Assembly: GCA_041651455.1 (NCBI GenBank)
Contig: JBAZJG010000008.1
Span: 283 to 64,282, forward strand
Length of the DNA stretch: 64,000 bases
Direction: 5' to 3'
Source: Candidatus Omnitrophota bacterium
GTDB lineage: Bacteria > Omnitrophota > Gorgyraeia > Pluralincolimonadales > Pluralincolimonadaceae
Of the stretch, positions 8,658-16,954 are shown piece by piece. The translations under genes and the position numbers were made by a program. Each line of letters opens with the position of its first letter. The first letter of the stretch is position 1. The notes beneath the pieces are model-generated. The model was given only the letters and a program-made list of their open reading frames with translations. It was not told where the DNA came from and made no database searches.

Positions 8658-9533
8658 TTAAGGCGTATTATTAGTTTCGGTAATGCAAGTAAACTTGATT
8701 GGTAACGGGGCCGATTCAACTTCGAATCTTTTTCCTTTATATTTGCCTGATATTATGACAACTAAATCGTGCCTCTCTCCCGCTTTAACAAAATCGGAGA
8801 GTGGCTTGCATGGCCAGACGGAAGAATGCCTGTAATCCCAATCTAAGGAAAGGTCGTATGTGAATTCCTGCTCTTCGTTTGTCAGGGTAATACCTAATGG
8901 CACCGAGCGCCTGTGCGGACTGCTCCAAATCCTTTCCATATAAAAAAAGATGCTAACATCTTCTAATTCAACCGGTTCGCGGCTGCCCGTAGACAATAGC
9001 ACGCTGATCGGGATAGGGCCGAAAGGTGAGCATCTTTTGTTCTCTGTCTCAATACTCATGACGATGAAATCTTTTGGGACAATTGTCAAAAAAACCGTTT
9101 GCGACTTTATCCTGATCTTGTCATTGACCTCATATATTGCGGCAATGGAATAATCCCCCTTCCTGCTGAAATCATAGTAGCCCGATACTCTAATTGAAGT
9201 ATGAAATGTTCCTGATGGCGGGAAGCCTGGTTTTCTAATCAACTGTAATAAATCGCCATCGGGACCTTTAATTTTAAGATTCTCCACCAGTCCTTCTTTT
9301 TGGCAGGATATCTCGGATATTATATTTTTGTCCAATCCTTCAACCGGTTCAATATGAAATGCGAGTTCTATTGGTTCTCCTACATTGAATATCTCTTTCT
9401 GCAATTCAAGCCTGCAATGTAATCCGCCCGAAGAGATACCCCATTCTTCAGCAAAACATGTCATAAATATAAAATTGGCGGCGAATACCGATATTATCAA
9501 TAAATACTTCGTGTAATCCTTTTTAGGAGCCAT
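8658..9533 (-). CDS. Secreted hypothetical protein encoded directly after the PEP-CTERM protein gene
   Basis: The ORF is 8658..9551. The likely start is MAPKKDYTKYLLIISVFAANFIFMTCFA (signal peptide, possible lipobox) at 9533, 7 nt after the PEP-CTERM gene stop. About 40% GC. No recognisable domain. Confidence 0.55.
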   Translation of the reverse strand: MAPKKDYTKYLLIISVFAANFIFMTCFAEEWGISSGGLHCRLELQKEIFNVGEPIELAFHIEPVEGLDKNIISEISCQKEGLVENLKIKGPDGDLLQLIRKPGFPPSGTFHTSIRVSGYYDFSRKGDYSIAAIYEVNDKIRIKSQTVFLTIVPKDFIVMSIETENKRCSPFGPIPISVLLSTGSREPVELEDVSIFFYMERIWSSPHRRSVPLGITLTNEEQEFTYDLSLDWDYRHSSVWPCKPLSDFVKAGERHDLVVIISGKYKGKRFEVESAPLPIKFTCITETNNTP

Positions 9534-10116
9534 GGTTTTTCCTAAAACCAAGCAGCGGGAGGCCGGCGAGAATCAGTATAATGGTCGAGGGCTCGGGGAT
9601 AGGTGAAACCAGCAATTGGGCACTATGCCCCTCATTGTATTCCAGTGAGGAGAATATATCCGTTTTCGCATATTCGGAACGAATATTGAACCCGACAAAT
9701 GGGGTTGAAACTCCCTGCATAAAACTAGTAACTTCAAATAATGCGTCTTCGCCGTATCCAAGATCTTCCGGCAAAATAAGAACACCTAAATAATTCCCTG
9801 CATCATAATCAGATGATGTCAGCTGCCCGTCGCTGCTTCCATAGCCGTATATTTGAACGGTTTTACTCCAAAGAGGTAATCCGTATGGGTTGACAGACAA
9901 ATACGCTGTGCTTATTGGCCATAAAATCTGGCTGGTTGGGAATTCCACTACACCTCTTGTGGGTTCGCATGCCGTAAGATAGCAGTTGGTCAACACGCCC
10001 CCATCTAGGTACACTGAACCGTCATCGGAAGGATTGATGACTAACGCAGAAGCTGAAGCAACCTGAGTCATAGCCACGATAAATACGGCCATAATGCCGA
10101 ATTCGATCTTGTTCAT
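9523..10116 (-). CDS. PEP-CTERM sorting-domain protein (exosortase substrate)
   Basis: The C-terminus VSPIPEPSTIILILAGLPLLGFRKNHGS is a PEP motif, hydrophobic helix and basic cluster, which defines PEP-CTERM. The N-terminal signal peptide is MNKIEFGIMAVFIVAMTQVASASA. The ATG at 10116 overlaps the TAA stop of the upstream paralog by 1 nt (TAATG); the track start at 10140 is a TTG. Confidence 0.75.
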   Translation of the reverse strand: MNKIEFGIMAVFIVAMTQVASASALVINPSDDGSVYLDGGVLTNCYLTACEPTRGVVEFPTSQILWPISTAYLSVNPYGLPLWSKTVQIYGYGSSDGQLTSSDYDAGNYLGVLILPEDLGYGEDALFEVTSFMQGVSTPFVGFNIRSEYAKTDIFSSLEYNEGHSAQLLVSPIPEPSTIILILAGLPLLGFRKNHGS

Positions 10117-12125
10117 TATTTGAAAAAGGTCTCTGTACAAATCACGTTCTCCGTGAAGACTGTCTTTGAACTTGAGACATTATTCGAAGAAAGGCCTTCC
10201 ATGATAGGATAGGCCGCCTTTTCCACCCAAAGCCTTATCAAGGGCACATCCATATCCTGTCTCGTTACCGCGACACGATGTTTCTCCTGCTCTTCCAAGT
10301 GGGCCAACTGCTCTTTGTCGATCTTCAACATGGAATTCTTGTCCCATATCTTTAAATCGAGTTCAGATTTTACCTCTGCCAAAACAGCGGGGTCGGCACG
10401 CTGCGCTTTCATATCTGCCAGCTCCTTTTCCAGTTCCTTGATGCCTGCCCTTAACCTGTCCATCTGGAGCAATATCATCTCTTCGTATTTCTTCTGTTTT
10501 TCGTAGTACGCCTTGTTCTCTTCGGAAATATACGTAAGCCACCTCAGACCCCAATCGCAAAAATCCCTGGCTTCCCGCAACAAAGCATCGGTATCCACAA
10601 AACGAACCTGGTTTGCCGGCTTGTCGGGGTTGCTACTAACAAGCCTGAAATCCTCGCTGTCAAGAAGCGACTTCGCGGATCCGGAACAAGAATCTATGGA
10701 ATTCTTTAATGGCATGCGGCCCAAAGAGAGCAAAAGATTATCTCCAACGTAACAATATGCCGGTTGGAACGCGAGGCCGAATGGGAGGTCCAGGTATTTT
10801 ATCTCAACATTATTGTACGTCTCCGTTTTCACGGCCTCCTCCCCTTCGATGTCACTCCGGAAGAATTTGCCCAAAACCAGGTCTATCGCCTGTTTGTCGT
10901 TTACTTTGACTATATAGATGAACTGCGGTGATGGTATAAGGCCGTCGTAATTCACGTCTATCAGGCACAAGGCCCCTTCATCCCCGAGAGCGGGTATCAG
11001 GTCATTCTCTATGCTGAAGTCCACCCAACTCTCGAACTCGGCAACGATATCGTCAAATCCGTGGGACTCAACCCCTTCCGGCGTTCCTTTTATCATGGCT
11101 TCCTTCAGGTACTGCCAGTATGCCCTCCACGCGACCGTATCCCATCCGTACCATATCGCATTAGGCGGGATGAACTTAAGCGTATTGTTCCCGCGCGGGG
11201 CCACTGAATAGCTTTCCCGGAGGAACGGGATCATCTTGGATCTGTCGATTTTTACGGTCATAACGCTCTTTTTTATCTCCCCGGGATATCTGGCGTAGAA
11301 GAAGGTCCCGAAACCGCCGTATTCGCCCAGGCGCAGGCCCATATTTTCCTTGAACGCTTTTAATATATCCGCTGATATCCCTTTCCCGGCCGGTTCCGGG
11401 ATGGCGGTTACGGCATTTTTCAATCCTTCCGCTATTCTCCCGATATCACCGAAAGCGGCCATCTCGGCGCCTTTCTCAAGCCCTGACACCGCCCCAATGA
11501 AATCCTTGTCCTGCGCCAACGCGGGAATTTTCCTGCCGGCGGCATCATAGCAGGACATGACAACCATCTTATCCGTGCCCGCCACCATCACATCCTTGAT
11601 CCGGACCATAAACACGCTCGTCCTGTCCCCTATCTTCACGACGGATATCTTCCTGCCGCTGCAGTCCTCTTCTTTCTCCTCAAATATCTTTCCCGGTTTT
11701 TTGAACATAATGGCAAACAGGTCGGCTATTTTTGATTCCGGTTTCACCTTCGCGGCGAATAATACGCCCGAAGGATACACGGCAACGGCTATCTCCTTCC
11801 CGAAATACTTCTCAAAAGGAAGCCCGTCGATAAAACCCGATATGTCCGCTTTCCATACTCCTACAGCTTGCGCCTGTTCCTTCTTAGCTCCGCTCTTTTC
11901 AAGCAGCATTCCTATATCGATGGCTTCCACATTCTTATAGAGCCTCGATGACCTAAACTCCTCGAATTGCCTGTCGGCATCGAACAATTTCACGAAGAAG
12001 ACCGGGCCGGCAGGCAGCGCGGACTCGATCGCCTGCGGTTTTGCGATATAACCGACATAAATGCCGGCCGCCGTCGCCGCAATGGCAATAAAAATGACTG
12101 TGACTGCTATAAACGGTTTTTTCAT
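10116..12125 (-). CDS. Large membrane-anchored coiled-coil protein, lower-GC xenologous paralog of 5947..7974
   Basis: 669 aa with the same architecture (N-terminal TM, shared motif blocks, C-terminal coiled coil ELEKELADMKAQ...). About 48-50% GC versus about 58% for the other copy. Its start overlaps the TPR gene stop (ATGA at 12122-12125). Confidence 0.8.
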   Translation of the reverse strand: MKKPFIAVTVIFIAIAATAAGIYVGYIAKPQAIESALPAGPVFFVKLFDADRQFEEFRSSRLYKNVEAIDIGMLLEKSGAKKEQAQAVGVWKADISGFIDGLPFEKYFGKEIAVAVYPSGVLFAAKVKPESKIADLFAIMFKKPGKIFEEKEEDCSGRKISVVKIGDRTSVFMVRIKDVMVAGTDKMVVMSCYDAAGRKIPALAQDKDFIGAVSGLEKGAEMAAFGDIGRIAEGLKNAVTAIPEPAGKGISADILKAFKENMGLRLGEYGGFGTFFYARYPGEIKKSVMTVKIDRSKMIPFLRESYSVAPRGNNTLKFIPPNAIWYGWDTVAWRAYWQYLKEAMIKGTPEGVESHGFDDIVAEFESWVDFSIENDLIPALGDEGALCLIDVNYDGLIPSPQFIYIVKVNDKQAIDLVLGKFFRSDIEGEEAVKTETYNNVEIKYLDLPFGLAFQPAYCYVGDNLLLSLGRMPLKNSIDSCSGSAKSLLDSEDFRLVSSNPDKPANQVRFVDTDALLREARDFCDWGLRWLTYISEENKAYYEKQKKYEEMILLQMDRLRAGIKELEKELADMKAQRADPAVLAEVKSELDLKIWDKNSMLKIDKEQLAHLEEQEKHRVAVTRQDMDVPLIRLWVEKAAYPIMEGLSSNNVSSSKTVFTENVICTETFFK

Positions 12126-13165
12126 GGGGTTGGCCTTTTTTTAGGGATCTGCAGTACATTATCTTTGTTCTCTTCCGCCTTCCTGAAATACATATCCGCT
12201 TTCTCGCGGTCGCCTTTTTCCGCGTATATCTCCCCGAGATACTGGTAAACCTCATACGATATAGAATTAAGACCGACGGCCGTTTCCAGGTACTCCCTCG
12301 CGCTCTCCTTGTCTCCGAGCCTGTAAGCGGTAATGCCGAGATTGTCCCATGTGTCTACGCCATACGGGTTATATATAACTGACATCGTGAAATCGCTCAA
12401 TGCCTGCTTGTAATTGCCTTGGCAAAAATACGTGAACCCGCGGTTATTCATGCCTTTATAGCTGAATGGATCTATAACAAGCGCCCGGTTATAATCCCTG
12501 ACAGCCTTATCAAACTCGCCCATATCCAGATATACCCCGGCACGGGCATAATATCCGCTAAACTCTTTCGGTCTCAGTTTTATTAACTCGCTAAAATCCT
12601 TGACGGCTTTTTCATATTCGCCCGCTTCCGAATAAGATATCCCGCGATTCCATAGCGTATTCGCGCTTACCGGGTCAGCGCTCAATGCCTCATTATAGCT
12701 TTCTATTGCAGAATTATACTCGCCTACATCGGTCATGGCGTTGCCCAGGTTATTATACGGAAGTTTGAAATTCGGGTTCATTTCGACCGCTTTTTGGAAG
12801 TCCGCAATAGCTTTTTCATTCTCCCCTTTTTGCCTGTACGCGCAACCGCGGTTATAATAGAGGTTCGGATTCCTGGAATTTGCCTCAAGGCCTTTTGAGT
12901 ATTCGGCAATGGCCTTGTCGTAATCACCCATTTTTATATACGCGTTCCCTGCCATTTTATAGGCATCATAGAACATGGGGTTTACCTCTATGGCCTTATC
13001 GAACTCCTTGATAGCTTCTTCATACCGGTGTTTGTTGAGATGGACGACGCCGCGGTTGAAATACTGGTTTGCGGTAAGTTTTTCTTCCCTTACTTCTTCA
13101 GCAAGGCAGCTTGAGGAGAGAATACATGCTGTTACGTAGAAAAGTAAAACCTTTGAAAGTTTCAT
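12122..13165 (-). CDS. Secreted tetratricopeptide-repeat (TPR) protein
   Basis: 347 aa. Signal peptide MKLSKVLLFYVTACILSSSCLA, then about eight 34-aa TPR units (recurring AxxxYxxAIxxxP / NxG.AY patterns). Confidence 0.85.
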   Translation of the reverse strand: MKLSKVLLFYVTACILSSSCLAEEVREEKLTANQYFNRGVVHLNKHRYEEAIKEFDKAIEVNPMFYDAYKMAGNAYIKMGDYDKAIAEYSKGLEANSRNPNLYYNRGCAYRQKGENEKAIADFQKAVEMNPNFKLPYNNLGNAMTDVGEYNSAIESYNEALSADPVSANTLWNRGISYSEAGEYEKAVKDFSELIKLRPKEFSGYYARAGVYLDMGEFDKAVRDYNRALVIDPFSYKGMNNRGFTYFCQGNYKQALSDFTMSVIYNPYGVDTWDNLGITAYRLGDKESAREYLETAVGLNSISYEVYQYLGEIYAEKGDREKADMYFRKAEENKDNVLQIPKKRPTP

Positions 13166-13205
13166 TTCGCACCTCGAAACGTTTTTAATTCTTTTCTAAT
13201 TAATA

Positions 13206-13244
13206 GGGACGCATGACCTGGGACGCCCCGTTATGACCTGTCCC
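13206..13244. promoter_or_regulatory. Direct-repeat element in the TPR operon upstream region: GGGACGC-ATGACCTG ... GGACGCC-ccgtt-ATGACCTG-TCCC (ATGACCTG copies at 13213 and 13233, 20-bp spacing; GGGAC/GTCCC inverted ends)
   Basis: Read directly from the 146-bp gap between the hydrolase stop and the TPR gene start. The two-helical-turn spacing suggests a dimeric or tandem DNA-binding regulator site. A 12-bp perfect palindrome AACGGAACCGTT follows at 13273-13284. Confidence 0.35.
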
Positions 13245-13311
13245 TTTTATCGCATCCCATATTTCTTATAAAAACGGAACCGTTGGCACTATTAGCAGTT
13301 TCATTTTCGCA

Positions 13312-14238
13312 TCACAAAAGTTCCCTGGCCGCATTAAGGGTATCGTCGCCGTAAGCCATGTGGTAGAAATGCCCCTGCCCCTGTATGGGGGTGAGCTTCG
13401 CGTTCGGGACGGTCTTCGAAAGCCACTCGCTGAACATCAGGGGGACCCAGCGGTCCTCCGTGCCGTGGCGTATATCGACGCGCATCTTTATCTTGCTGAG
13501 GTCGAAGCCCCATTCAAGGTAGATAACCTGCGCGTCGTATGACGGCCCTTTGGCCCCATTCCTGAACAATTCCTGGAAATCCCTCATCAGGATATTGGCC
13601 ATTTCGGGCATTAGGAACAGGTCCATGTCGGGCTTGCACATGCTAGAGCCCATCATCTTTACGAACGCCTGGGGGTTCTTCATCGTCTTCATTTGTAATC
13701 CTATAAGGGAGAACGGTATCTGGAAGAGCCACAGCGGGAGTTTCGCGCCGATCTTCGCGTAGAAACGGTCCATCGTCCCGAGCTTCTTGAGCGCCTCGGG
13801 GTCCCTGTAGAGAGGCACCGCGCCCGCAAGGTCAACGGCGAACAAAAGCCGGTCCGGAATGGAGTATGCGCATGCCAATACCGTAGGGCCGCCGCCGGAT
13901 ATCCCCATGACGCCGAACTTGCCGATGCCTAGATGGTCCGCAAGCGCAGCGATGTCCGCGGCTCCGTCGAGTATCTTCCTGCCGGGCAGGAAATCCGACT
14001 GCCCCACTCCGGGACGGTCGGGCACTATAATGCGGAAATTCTTCCTCTTTGCCGCGTGATGAAGCAGCATTACGTGGATATGCGAGCCGGTCCCGTGGGC
14101 AAATATTATCGGCGTCCCGGACGGATCGCCGTATTCGTAATACGCCAGGCGGCGCCCGCCGTCAAACGCAAGGAATTTTACTTTCGCCTGAAGCTCCTCT
14201 ATCTCTTCCTGGCTGATCAAGTCGGGCTTGTCGGGCAT
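13312..14238 (-). CDS. Alpha/beta-fold hydrolase
   Basis: 308 aa. Nucleophile elbow GISGGG (G-x-S-x-G), HGTGS oxyanion region and a C-terminal His. A strong SD (GGAGG) lies upstream at about 14245-14249. Confidence 0.8.
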   Translation of the reverse strand: MPDKPDLISQEEIEELQAKVKFLAFDGGRRLAYYEYGDPSGTPIIFAHGTGSHIHVMLLHHAAKRKNFRIIVPDRPGVGQSDFLPGRKILDGAADIAALADHLGIGKFGVMGISGGGPTVLACAYSIPDRLLFAVDLAGAVPLYRDPEALKKLGTMDRFYAKIGAKLPLWLFQIPFSLIGLQMKTMKNPQAFVKMMGSSMCKPDMDLFLMPEMANILMRDFQELFRNGAKGPSYDAQVIYLEWGFDLSKIKMRVDIRHGTEDRWVPLMFSEWLSKTVPNAKLTPIQGQGHFYHMAYGDDTLNAARELL

Positions 14239-14250
14239 AATTCCTCCTGA

Positions 14251-14799
14251 TTAAAATACGCTCTCCAGACAAAAACACGTCAATTCCTCTTCTTTGCCCC
14301 ATTCCACACAGGTAGGTTTGTTCCTGCACTCGGGGCATAGCAGGGTAATGTCGTCCTTATTAATATCAAGTGTACCACGCGTCTGGTGAAGGTCAAATAG
14401 CAATTTCAGGTACTTGCCGGCCACGAGGCGATGCAGGCTGTCCTTCTTCTTGAGCCCTAACCATTGGAAGACGCCCCGGTCGTTGCGTGAAGTATTGCAG
14501 GTAGGACACGACAGAACCGAATTATCCGCCGAATCGGGGCCGCCTCGGCTTCGTGGGATGAGGTGATCGACTTGTAGGCCTTCGAGCGCGCCGCAAAAGA
14601 CGCACTCCTTATCCAACTCCTGCTCCCTCTGCCACTCCCTTATCGTGCCGGACATCGTAGCGCTGCCGTCGCGCAGGGCCTTGAACCGGTCCGTGACAAA
14701 TCCGTAGTTGATGTTGCCCTTGAACGCGCTACGGGATATAAGCTTGGCGTATTCGTAGAGGATTTCTTCTTTTATGGTTTTGACGTAGGGTGGGGGCAT
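14251..14799 (-). CDS. HNH endonuclease with extra Cys-rich zinc-ribbon segments
   Basis: 182 aa. HNH core: CVFCG...QVDHLIPRSRGGPDSADNSVLSCPTCNTSRNDRG. A second Cys cluster follows (CPECRNKPTC...CFC). The roughly 70-aa N-terminus is unassigned. It sits at the edge of the low-GC defence-like block. Confidence 0.7.
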   Translation of the reverse strand: MPPPYVKTIKEEILYEYAKLISRSAFKGNINYGFVTDRFKALRDGSATMSGTIREWQREQELDKECVFCGALEGLQVDHLIPRSRGGPDSADNSVLSCPTCNTSRNDRGVFQWLGLKKKDSLHRLVAGKYLKLLFDLHQTRGTLDINKDDITLLCPECRNKPTCVEWGKEEELTCFCLESVF

Positions 14800-14870
14800 A
14801 GTATTGAGTTAGTTAATAATTTAAATATGTTGTCGCTAAATTTATTTCGATCTGTTCTTCCTCATTTCTA

Positions 14871-16565
14871 TTAGATTTTATACTTTTCGCTACATTGCTT
14901 AACTAATTTGTTCGATTTCGATAATTCGTTATCACTTAAATCTAATTTAAGGGAATCTATTATTTTGATTATACTCACTATTGCTTTGTTGAATTTTTTA
15001 TTTGAATTGATTATTTTTAAGCAATTTTGACAATATTCTTCGGCTTTCTTGCTTTCAAACGGAGGACATTTTTCTTTCATAATTTCATAGCGCAGCATCA
15101 TTAGGATAAAATATCTCAGCTTCTTGAACTTCCTATCTAGCTGCCCACGTCTGAATAGTTTATCTATGTTATATAACGCATAGGCGGACGTGTAGTACGG
15201 TAACATATAGTGATTATCTTTAAAGAGGTCGGGACCGAATTCAGAAAATAAGGTTCCAAAATATCTTGTTGCCATATCTGGTTTGTCAAAATAAAAACTG
15301 GCCATAGTCTTTATTTGGGTTGTTTTATCAATTATTCGTTTCTTCTCTACTCCTTTACTATTATATTGTTTAGAACGCCTTTCATAATAAAGCCTTTGCT
15401 TTTCTGGAAAAGTAGTATAATAGTCTTCCAAGCTTTTTTGAAAGTCTGAAAATGCTATCAAATCTTGTTCTTTTATTTCAGTTTGTCTGTTTGTAGACCG
15501 AATTACTTTAGATGTTAAATCTTTATTGTTTGTGGATATTAATTTTAGGGGCAATTTTACTTTTGGTGACACTAATGATCTGTTTTCAAACAATACATGA
15601 GATGTTTGGCAACCATTAATTATTTGGTAGCTGCTTATGGTAAATCTATCTCTTGTGGTTAGCATTGATTCAGCAACTATCGTTATACCATTGTTCAAAA
15701 CAACAAAGGCTTCTTTATCTTTTGTTTTTAAAGTATTTTGAATTTCCAAATTGACCTTATTGTCTCCCTGAAAATCTCTTACATTATCATAAAATACATT
15801 GGGAATTAAATCGCCGTTATCATCTGTCATTAATTTAATTATTGTTTCGGCCTCGATAATTCCCAAATAAGATTCTGCCACTCCAGTTATTACCGGCAGT
15901 GTAACTCTATTCGGGAATTCGAAAGCTTTTGTAACCGCCTGACCTATTTTTTTGTAAATGCTCTGTATCTCCCTAGCGTCGACAAGGCTTATTATAGTAT
16001 TAGAAAACAAGTTCTCATTTTCGATATTACTTTTCATCTCTTCTGTCTTAGCTTCGATATTATCATCTTCTGTCTTCACACCAAGAGTCACATAATATAG
16101 ATGGCATATTGGTTTCTCCTTAAGCAAATTCGAATTATCTATCAATTTGTTAAATAGCCTGATCTTTGAACGGGCTATTTTAGGCCATTTTATTTTAGGA
16201 TTTTCACTAACAAAATCTGAAACGGCCCAACCAAAGTTTCCAATTTCTTTTGTTTCGAAGCTTTTAGAGGTCTTAGATTGAATAAAAACAACCTCTGCGT
16301 GAACATCTCTATGCGATTTCAAGAAGTCTTCCAGCATATCTTGAGTTTCAATAACTTGTCTATTCAATATCAAAGCAAAGCCATCTAAGCCCAGAGCATC
16401 GTCTTTTCCTATATTTAATTCCTCGATATCGAACCGTTCTTCAGTCTTATTTTCAAGTAATGCAAAATTTACAAAATGCTCAAATTGCGTAGACTCATTT
16501 TTTTCATTTTCCAGCCCATTCGATGATAAAAATTCATTAAGATAACTTCTGGTAATTCTATCCAT
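14871..16565 (-). CDS. AIPR-like abortive-infection (phage resistance) family protein (family assignment tentative)
   Basis: 564 aa with no Walker motifs. The central block VVLNNGITIVAE ... YQIINGCQT resembles the conserved NG.QT core of the AIPR family; this is my recollection and no search was run. It is very AT-rich (about 33% GC) and has a strong SD (GGAGGAAAAC) before the ATG. Confidence 0.5.
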   Translation of the reverse strand: MDRITRSYLNEFLSSNGLENEKNESTQFEHFVNFALLENKTEERFDIEELNIGKDDALGLDGFALILNRQVIETQDMLEDFLKSHRDVHAEVVFIQSKTSKSFETKEIGNFGWAVSDFVSENPKIKWPKIARSKIRLFNKLIDNSNLLKEKPICHLYYVTLGVKTEDDNIEAKTEEMKSNIENENLFSNTIISLVDAREIQSIYKKIGQAVTKAFEFPNRVTLPVITGVAESYLGIIEAETIIKLMTDDNGDLIPNVFYDNVRDFQGDNKVNLEIQNTLKTKDKEAFVVLNNGITIVAESMLTTRDRFTISSYQIINGCQTSHVLFENRSLVSPKVKLPLKLISTNNKDLTSKVIRSTNRQTEIKEQDLIAFSDFQKSLEDYYTTFPEKQRLYYERRSKQYNSKGVEKKRIIDKTTQIKTMASFYFDKPDMATRYFGTLFSEFGPDLFKDNHYMLPYYTSAYALYNIDKLFRRGQLDRKFKKLRYFILMMLRYEIMKEKCPPFESKKAEEYCQNCLKIINSNKKFNKAIVSIIKIIDSLKLDLSDNELSKSNKLVKQCSEKYKI

Positions 16566-16651
16566 GTTTTCCTCCAGTTATATTTTGCTTTTAGTGACTC
16601 ATGACTTTAGAACGCTTCACTATAGAACTTGCCTCTTTTGACACGTCTCGT

Positions 16652-16879
16652 TTATTCTTTCTTTTTTGACCTCACGATCCTTATATCCCCTTTTAAATCT
16701 TTAACTTCATAACTTTCCGAAAGCAATAATCTTAATTTATTGGAATTGTAGGTTTTACTCCAAAAGGGTCTATCAAAATGCACTTCACCTCGCGCTGAAC
16801 CGGCATGGTGAATATGGAGAATCCTTCCTTTTTCAGATAAAAGAGATAAATACCTTTTACAATATTTAATTTTTATCAT
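16652..16879 (-). CDS. Small hypothetical protein (75 aa) between the AIPR-like gene and the 2-TM protein gene
   Basis: The ORF MIKIKYCKRYLSLLSEKGRILHIHHAGSARGEVHFDRPFW... has His-rich and basic character and low GC. It could be a small nucleic-acid-binding partner or a gene remnant. No confident homology. Confidence 0.3.
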   Translation of the reverse strand: MIKIKYCKRYLSLLSEKGRILHIHHAGSARGEVHFDRPFWSKTYNSNKLRLLLSESYEVKDLKGDIRIVRSKKKE

Positions 16880-16954
16880 CGTTCTCGCCTAGCCCATTTT
16901 ACCGTTTGTTTAAGTGGCAGAATCCAAGTACAATTAATCCATTTATTAGAATAT

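Noticed and set aside
11953-12255. 100-aa minus-strand ORF overlapping the TPR gene 3' end and the paralog start
   Set aside because: It is out of frame with two well-supported genes, and the basic and Cys-rich composition is typical of an alternative-frame artefact.
13273-13284. AACGGAACCGTT considered as a terminator hairpin for the hydrolase gene
   Set aside because: A 5-bp stem with a 2-nt loop is not a feasible hairpin. It is kept only as a palindrome (possible protein site) within the intergenic finding.
16566-16651. Candidate promoter upstream of the AIPR-like gene
   Set aside because: Only a TATAGT-like -10 exists, with no acceptable -35 at 16-18 bp. There is an SD but no confident promoter call.
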